This document shows positions 8,085-12,730 of a stretch of DNA of 12,730 nt, piece after piece. The notes under the pieces were generated by a model, which was given only the letters and a program-made list of their open reading frames with translations, did not search any database and had not been told where the DNA came from. Both the position numbers and the translations under genes were made by a program. The stretch is taken from positions 1 through 12,730 of the forward strand of contig JBDKTL010000005.1 of the NCBI GenBank assembly GCA_039698055.1, in the 5' to 3' direction. Source of the stretch: Methanoregula sp. Its GTDB lineage: Archaea; Halobacteriota; Methanomicrobia; Methanomicrobiales; Methanospirillaceae. How positions within the stretch are numbered: position 1 is the stretch's first letter; each line of letters starts with the position of its first letter.

Positions 8085-8340
8085 ATGACGATCAGAAAAG
8101 CCCGCCGGAAGAATTCCGATAAGCCGTTTCACGAACTCGTGACCGATCTGCTTTTTTCAGCAATGGCCAACCATGAGGATTTTGTTCTCACGTATGAGAT
8201 CAACCCGGCCACCAAAAAAAAAGGAAATTCATGTCATGGCCGGGAAACTGCTGAACCCCGATATGCTTGCGACCCTCAAAAATGAGTGCGATCAGCAGCT
8301 TGAGGATGGGGGAAGGCACCACATCCGGGAAATGGAATAA
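8085..8340 (+). pseudogene. Small hypothetical gene (about 84 aa) interrupted by a frameshift in an A9 run
   Basis: ATG at 8085 follows a TATA-like TTTATTAT at 8055-8062. Removing one A from 8214-8222 joins MTIRKARR...INPATKK to KEIHVMAGKLLNPDMLATLKNECDQQLEDGGRHHIREME, with the stop at 8338-8340. Confidence 0.5.
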
Positions 8341-8418
8341 TAAATAAGAAAATTCCTGGTGATCTTTGGTAAAGCGATTTAAAAAAGAATTTTTTTCCAC
8401 CGCCAACAATGTAGTATT

Positions 8419-8459
8419 AAAAAGGCAGATCCCGTTATCCTGTCAGGATATTACACGGG
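8419..8459 (-). terminator. Putative hairpin terminator of the ABM gene
   Basis: CCCGT-TATCCTG-T-CAGGATA-ttac-ACGGG inverted repeat at 8431-8459 directly after the stop, followed on the minus strand by TTTTT. Confidence 0.45.
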
Positions 8460-8753
8460 TTATCCGATTTTTATCAGCCGGGTAATCGTCTGGGATTCCG
8501 TCAATCCTTCCATTGCTTTGAAATACGCTTGCAGGTGCCCGGATTCAAGGTGCTTTTTTAACGCACCCTCATTTTTCCATGTTTCCAGAAACACAAATGT
8601 TGTGGGATCTTCCTGATCCTGGAACAGCTCGTAGTGTATACACCCTTCATCGTTGGAAACCGTGGGTTCTATGATCTTTTTCATCTCTTTTTTGGCCTGC
8701 ACAAGAGTATCCGGTTTTGTTTTTATTCTGGCGATAATCGAAATTTGTGACAT
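8460..8753 (-). CDS. Antibiotic biosynthesis monooxygenase (ABM) / putative quinol monooxygenase, YgiN-like
   Basis: 97 aa; IIARIKTKP, EGCIHYELFQD, FVFLETW and ALKKHLESGH fit the ABM ferredoxin-like fold pattern. Confidence 0.88.
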   Translation of the reverse strand: MSQISIIARIKTKPDTLVQAKKEMKKIIEPTVSNDEGCIHYELFQDQEDPTTFVFLETWKNEGALKKHLESGHLQAYFKAMEGLTESQTITRLIKIG

Positions 8754-8866
8754 GTCAATCCCTCATGAATAATTCTTTTTTATGGTTTACAAACGGTTTG
8801 TGGTCATCGTCATGATATTTGCTGAATTTACGGTGAGTAAAGGAGCCACACATCGTTCCCGTTTCC

Positions 8867-9580
8867 CTACCAGTCTTTTTTCATTGCCTCTGTTTTCAAA
8901 TCTTCTGGCATCAGCTCTATTGCATACCGCAACGCGGTACGGGGCATCAGTTTCTTGTTTTTCATGACATACCCGAAGATAACTTTCTGGTGCTTCCGGC
9001 TTTCCTCCTTAAGCATCCATCCATAACCTTTCTGCACCATGTCATCTGTATCGGTCAGCAGCAGATCCGCAATCTCCAGTGCGTCTTTGAGAAACTCCCC
9101 GTGTTTTGCGGGTATAATGAGTGAGACTGCCGCTGCCCTTCGCATCCAGCGATTCTCTGACTGCGTCCAGTGTTTGAGCTCATCTACTGTGTCCGGATAT
9201 TTCCGGATAAATTCACCCATGGCATGGTTGCAGAACCCGTCGCATGCGGCCCAGTTTGTGATATAGGTATCAATCCAGCGCTGGAACAGGGCGAGATCCT
9301 TTCTCTCGTATCGCTTGGCAAGCAGGTGAGCCCAGCTGGAGACGACGAAGGCCTCCTCCATCATGCCTGACTCATAGAGATCTTCGCAAAGTTTGAAGAT
9401 TTCCTGTTTATCCCGTAATTTTACCTCCTTCCAGTACTTTTTTGCAATAGCAACGACGGTTGCCGTTTTAATCCCGTAACATGATATTTCTTCTTTGAAG
9501 AATCTCTGGCTGCGTTTCTGGAGTGCGGGATCAGCATACTCTTTGAAATTTTCCCTGATGCACGTAATGACCGGATCCAT
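8867..9580 (-). CDS. DNA alkylation repair protein (AlkD-like HEAT-repeat family)
   Basis: YGIKT, NWAACD, W..SENRWMRRAA, DDMVQKGYGWMLKE and MPRTALRYAIE signatures. Confidence 0.9.
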   Translation of the reverse strand: MDPVITCIRENFKEYADPALQKRSQRFFKEEISCYGIKTATVVAIAKKYWKEVKLRDKQEIFKLCEDLYESGMMEEAFVVSSWAHLLAKRYERKDLALFQRWIDTYITNWAACDGFCNHAMGEFIRKYPDTVDELKHWTQSENRWMRRAAAVSLIIPAKHGEFLKDALEIADLLLTDTDDMVQKGYGWMLKEESRKHQKVIFGYVMKNKKLMPRTALRYAIELMPEDLKTEAMKKDW

Positions 9581-9798
9581 AGTACAGCGTGGGAATGTAC
9601 AGATGATAAGGAATTGGCATCCGAAGAGTACGGAATCATAGCAGGAACCCGTTTTGCTGCTTTTAAATCATTCATCCTTTCCTGTTGGACATTTCGGATC
9701 GGGTGCATTTAAAAAAAAAGCACACGGGGAAAACATGGATACCGGAAAGAATCTGATAAAGTACAAACCAATAGAGTACAGGTAATGGAAGTTGAATA

Positions 9799-10617
9799 AT
9801 GACAACCGTTCTTGTTGACCAAGATCTCTGCACCCGGTGCGGGATTTGCTCGATTGTATGCCCGATGGGAATTGTTGAACCGGCAGACGAAACCACGCTG
9901 CCGGTTGTTACTGATGCAAAGGCAGGCTTGTGCATCCGCTGCGGCCATTGCGAGGTATCCTGCCCCTCACTGGCGCTCCTCCTGAATTATCTTCCCGATG
10001 AGAAAGTTGCACTCCCAGAAGGGGTGGGCTCTCTTACCTCCGGAGAACTTGGGATGTACCTGAAAAAACGCCGGTCAGTACGCCATTTCACGAAGGAACC
10101 CGTGCGAAAAGAAAAGATCCTGCAGATTCTGGATATCGCCCGGTATGCCGCCTCCGGTGGTAACGGCCAGCCGGTGCAGTGGCTTATTGTACATGACCCG
10201 GAGAAAGTCCACCGCCTGGCTTCGCTGACAGTCGACTGGATGAAAACCCTGAAAAACAGCAACCACCCCATGAGCGGGTATGTCCCGTCGCTGATTACCG
10301 CATGGGAAGCAGGATTTGATCCCATCTGTCGCGGGGCACCCCATCTTGTGATTGCTCATATACCAGCAGGCAACCCGGTTGCGTCTGTCGATGCCCTCAT
10401 TGCCCTGACGCATGTTGATATTGCCGCTCCTGCATTTGGCATAGGAACCTGCTGGGCAGGATTCCTGTCGATGGCTGCCCTTTCGTATGAACCGCTTCAG
10501 GCTGCGCTTGAATTGCCCCCGAGTCGCGCATATGCTTACGGCCTGATGTTCGGCCACCCACAGTACAAGGTTTACGGGATCCCCCGGCGCAACCCGGTAC
10601 AGGTAACCTGGAAATAG
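9799..10617 (+). CDS. Nitroreductase family protein with N-terminal 2x[4Fe-4S] ferredoxin domain
   Basis: CTRCGICSIVCP and CIRCGHCEVSCP; nitroreductase motifs RRSVRHF, ASGGNGQP and GIGTCWAG. Confidence 0.93.
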   Translation: MTTVLVDQDLCTRCGICSIVCPMGIVEPADETTLPVVTDAKAGLCIRCGHCEVSCPSLALLLNYLPDEKVALPEGVGSLTSGELGMYLKKRRSVRHFTKEPVRKEKILQILDIARYAASGGNGQPVQWLIVHDPEKVHRLASLTVDWMKTLKNSNHPMSGYVPSLITAWEAGFDPICRGAPHLVIAHIPAGNPVASVDALIALTHVDIAAPAFGIGTCWAGFLSMAALSYEPLQAALELPPSRAYAYGLMFGHPQYKVYGIPRRNPVQVTWK

Positions 10618-10650
10618 TATCTGTTTTCCATAAACTGGACGTGAAAACGA

Positions 10651-11316
10651 ATGAAAATTCTTGCAATTAACGGAAGCCCGAGAAAGAAATGGAACACTGC
10701 AATGCTGCTTGAACACGCGCTGAACGGTGCCGCATCAGCAGGGGCAAAGACAGAACTTGTCCATCTCTACGATCTTGATTTTAAAGGCTGCACCAGCTGC
10801 TTTGCATGTAAGCTGAAAGGTGGGAAGAGTTATGGGAAATGTGCCATGATTGATGGGTTAACTCCAGTCCTTGAAAAGATACCAGAAGTCGATGCCCTGA
10901 TTCTTGGTTCCCCCATTTATTTCGGTACGGTGACCGGCATGATGCGCTGTTTTATGGAGCGGCTGCTCTTCCCCTATCTTGCGTATACAAACCCTCCGTC
11001 GTCACTGTTCGAGAAGAAGATCCCCGCCGCCTTCATCTACACGATGAATGTATCCGAACAGCAGATGAAGGATTCCCACTATACCGTTCATACCGGTCTG
11101 AATGAAAGCATCCTCAACCGAATGTTCGGCCATGCCGAATCTCTCTTCTCATGTGAGACGCTCCAGTTCGAGGACTACGATAAGGTAGTCTTTAACTATT
11201 TCGACCCGGAGGAGCGCAAAGAACGGCGTCGGACTGTATTCCCCAAGGACTGTAAGCGGGCGTTTGAACTGGGGGCACGGTTTGGAAAATCAGGAAAAAA
11301 TTTGCCCTCGATATAA
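10651..11316 (+). CDS. Flavodoxin-like iron-sulfur flavoprotein / NADPH-dependent FMN reductase family
   Basis: INGSPRK.WNT (FMN phosphate loop), CTSCFAC...C cysteine motif, and GSPIYFG.VTG. Confidence 0.9.
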   Translation: MKILAINGSPRKKWNTAMLLEHALNGAASAGAKTELVHLYDLDFKGCTSCFACKLKGGKSYGKCAMIDGLTPVLEKIPEVDALILGSPIYFGTVTGMMRCFMERLLFPYLAYTNPPSSLFEKKIPAAFIYTMNVSEQQMKDSHYTVHTGLNESILNRMFGHAESLFSCETLQFEDYDKVVFNYFDPEERKERRRTVFPKDCKRAFELGARFGKSGKNLPSI

Positions 11317-11330
11317 GACTAAAAAAGAGG

Positions 11331-11510
11331 ATGGGAAGTGAACCGGGCAGAAGTATCGATGTATTTGAAGTGATACAATGACGGAAGCCCTCACGGCAAT
11401 TTCGTCCCGGGCCGTTTAACAACGATGATATCCGCGCCATCCCTGATGCTGCCAGAGGGGCACATCTGCCAGGAATCACCAGCATCAGGAATTCGCGGTT
11501 ATCGTCATCT
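11331..11510 (+). pseudogene. Decayed N-terminal remnant of a stand-alone nitroreductase
   Basis: Manual translation gives MGSEPGRSIDVFEVIQ*RKPSRQFRPGPFNNDDIRAIPDAARGA, a frameshift near 11463, then SARNHQHQEFAVI. This resembles the consensus MDVFEAI..RRS.R.F...P....DI..ILDAAR.APSA.N.QPWEF.VI. Confidence 0.7.
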
Positions 11511-11775
11511 TGAGGTATCCTTGAGCGGCGCACGAATATTAACAACAATATTGTCTGGCAGGTATCCTATGGTTTTATTTTTAAAAATTTTATAAAAATT
11601 CTTCAAGGTAGAAGAATCTTTCCAAAAAAATTTGTTTGATTTTAAACAATTTTTAGGGATTATCACGCATATTATTGGTATTTTCGATAAAATATGTTTA
11701 CATTATCCAAAAATCAAATCGGTTGGTTTTTATTTAGTATCAACAAAATCTCTCATGACACTTGAGGAGAAGAGT

Positions 11776-12730
11776 ATGCACACGGTCCTGTATGTTGATG
11801 ATGAGATGGCTCTTCTCGACGTTGGGAAGGTGTTTCTTGAACGGTCAGGGCAGTTCCAGATCGATACCGCAAATTCCGTTGAAGAAGCGCTGGTAAAAAT
11901 CAGGCAGCAGCACTACGATGGTATCATCTCCGATTACCAGATGCCGATCCAGGATGGCATTGACTTTCTCCACGATCTCCGTGTGCATTACCCCGATCTT
12001 CCGTTCATTCTTTTCACCGGCAGGGGCAGGGAAGAGATCGCTATTGAAGCATTGAACAGCGGCGCTGACTTCTACGTCCAGAAAGGCGGGGAGATGAAAT
12101 CTCAGTTTGTTGATCTTGAACACAAGCTCAACTCGGCCATCAACCGGAAACGAATGAATGACGATCTGCTCGAATCCCGGCAGCGAATGACCGGGCTTAT
12201 TAACTCCCTTCCGGATGCAACATTTGCGATTGACAAGGATAACCGGGTGATCGCATGGAATAAAACCCTGGAAGTGCTGACAGGGATACCTTCGTCTGCG
12301 ATCCTGGGTACCAGCGATTATACGCATGTTCTCTCCACGTATAATGAAAAAAGACCCCCCCTTGTGGATCTGATCCTCAAAAAAGATCCTGTTTTGGAAA
12401 AAAAATATCCCGGCCTCAACCATGACGGCGATAAATTCATCGCCGAGCTGTTCAGCCCGGCCATCTTTCAGGGCAAAGGGGCGCATCTCTGGCTTATCGC
12501 CTCCCCGCTGTACGATGCATCAGGCAAGGTAATCGGTGCGATTGAATCCATCCGTGACATTACCGATCGCAAAGATGCTGAAGACAAACTCCGGCGGACG
12601 CATGAAGAGCTGAATGCGGCGTATGAGCAACTCACCGCAACCGAAGAAGAACTCCGGCAGAATTATGATGAGCTGAGTAAAAGCCAGGAGGAGCTCCGCG
12701 AGACTAAAGAGCGGTACGAGGATGTGGTCG
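11776..12730 (+). CDS. Receiver (REC)-PAS sensory protein, probably a hybrid histidine kinase; 3'-truncated by the window end
   Basis: Open frame to the window end: HTVLYVDDE...IISDYQMP..DG...FILFTGRGREE.AIEALNSGADFYVQKGG (REC), INSLPDATFAID...VIAWN...AIESIRDITDRK (PAS/PAC), then coiled coil EELNAAYEQLTATEEELRQNYDEL. GAGGAG precedes the ATG at 11776; an alternative in-frame ATG is at 11755. Confidence 0.92.
   Translation, partial: MHTVLYVDDEMALLDVGKVFLERSGQFQIDTANSVEEALVKIRQQHYDGIISDYQMPIQDGIDFLHDLRVHYPDLPFILFTGRGREEIAIEALNSGADFYVQKGGEMKSQFVDLEHKLNSAINRKRMNDDLLESRQRMTGLINSLPDATFAIDKDNRVIAWNKTLEVLTGIPSSAILGTSDYTHVLSTYNEKRPPLVDLILKKDPVLEKKYPGLNHDGDKFIAELFSPAIFQGKGAHLWLIASPLYDASGKVIGAIESIRDITDRKDAEDKLRRTHEELNAAYEQLTATEEELRQNYDELSKSQEELRETKERYEDVV

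Noticed and set aside
10075-10716. 213-aa minus-strand ORF over the nitroreductase
   Set aside because: It is an antisense shadow with no motifs.
11379-11381. In-frame TGA as possible selenocysteine recoding
   Set aside because: The position is not a Cys site in nitroreductases, and the same remnant has a frameshift and a truncation, indicating decay.
11571-11750. AT-rich region with several short palindromes as a second origin or MITE
   Set aside because: It has no ORB motif or terminal inverted repeats with duplications, and is best explained as the promoter region of the sensor gene.
11845-12486. 213-aa minus-strand ORF
   Set aside because: It is the antisense shadow of the plus-strand REC-PAS gene.
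1-12730. CRISPR arrays, tRNA or rRNA genes
   Set aside because: No regularly spaced repeats or tRNA/rRNA signatures were seen in the intergenic regions by eye.

Overview
Archaeal chromosomal window; gene content and style suggest a Methanomicrobiales methanogen such as Methanoregula (inference). It opens with the 3' end of an IS5-like insertion sequence (inverted repeat ending at 127). This directly abuts a probable replication origin (three ORB boxes and an AT-rich tract) upstream of orc1/cdc6. Next come an Lrp/AsnC regulator plus class I aminotransferase (YugG/YugH-like pair) and a tightly packed purA - Trm112-like - membrane protein - cbiB - pdxS - pdxT run. An accessory-looking stretch follows: a small gene split at an A9 run, an ABM monooxygenase-like gene, an AlkD-like DNA alkylation repair gene, a ferredoxin-nitroreductase fusion, an iron-sulfur flavoprotein and a decayed nitroreductase remnant. 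The window ends in a truncated REC-PAS sensor gene that is missing from the ORF track. I see no clearly new system. The best leads are the IS at the origin, the ORB box next to the cdc6 TATA box, cdc6 apparently co-transcribed with an amino-acid sensor, the homopolymer frameshift, and a paired GTAC-N11-GTAC motif at a divergent promoter.
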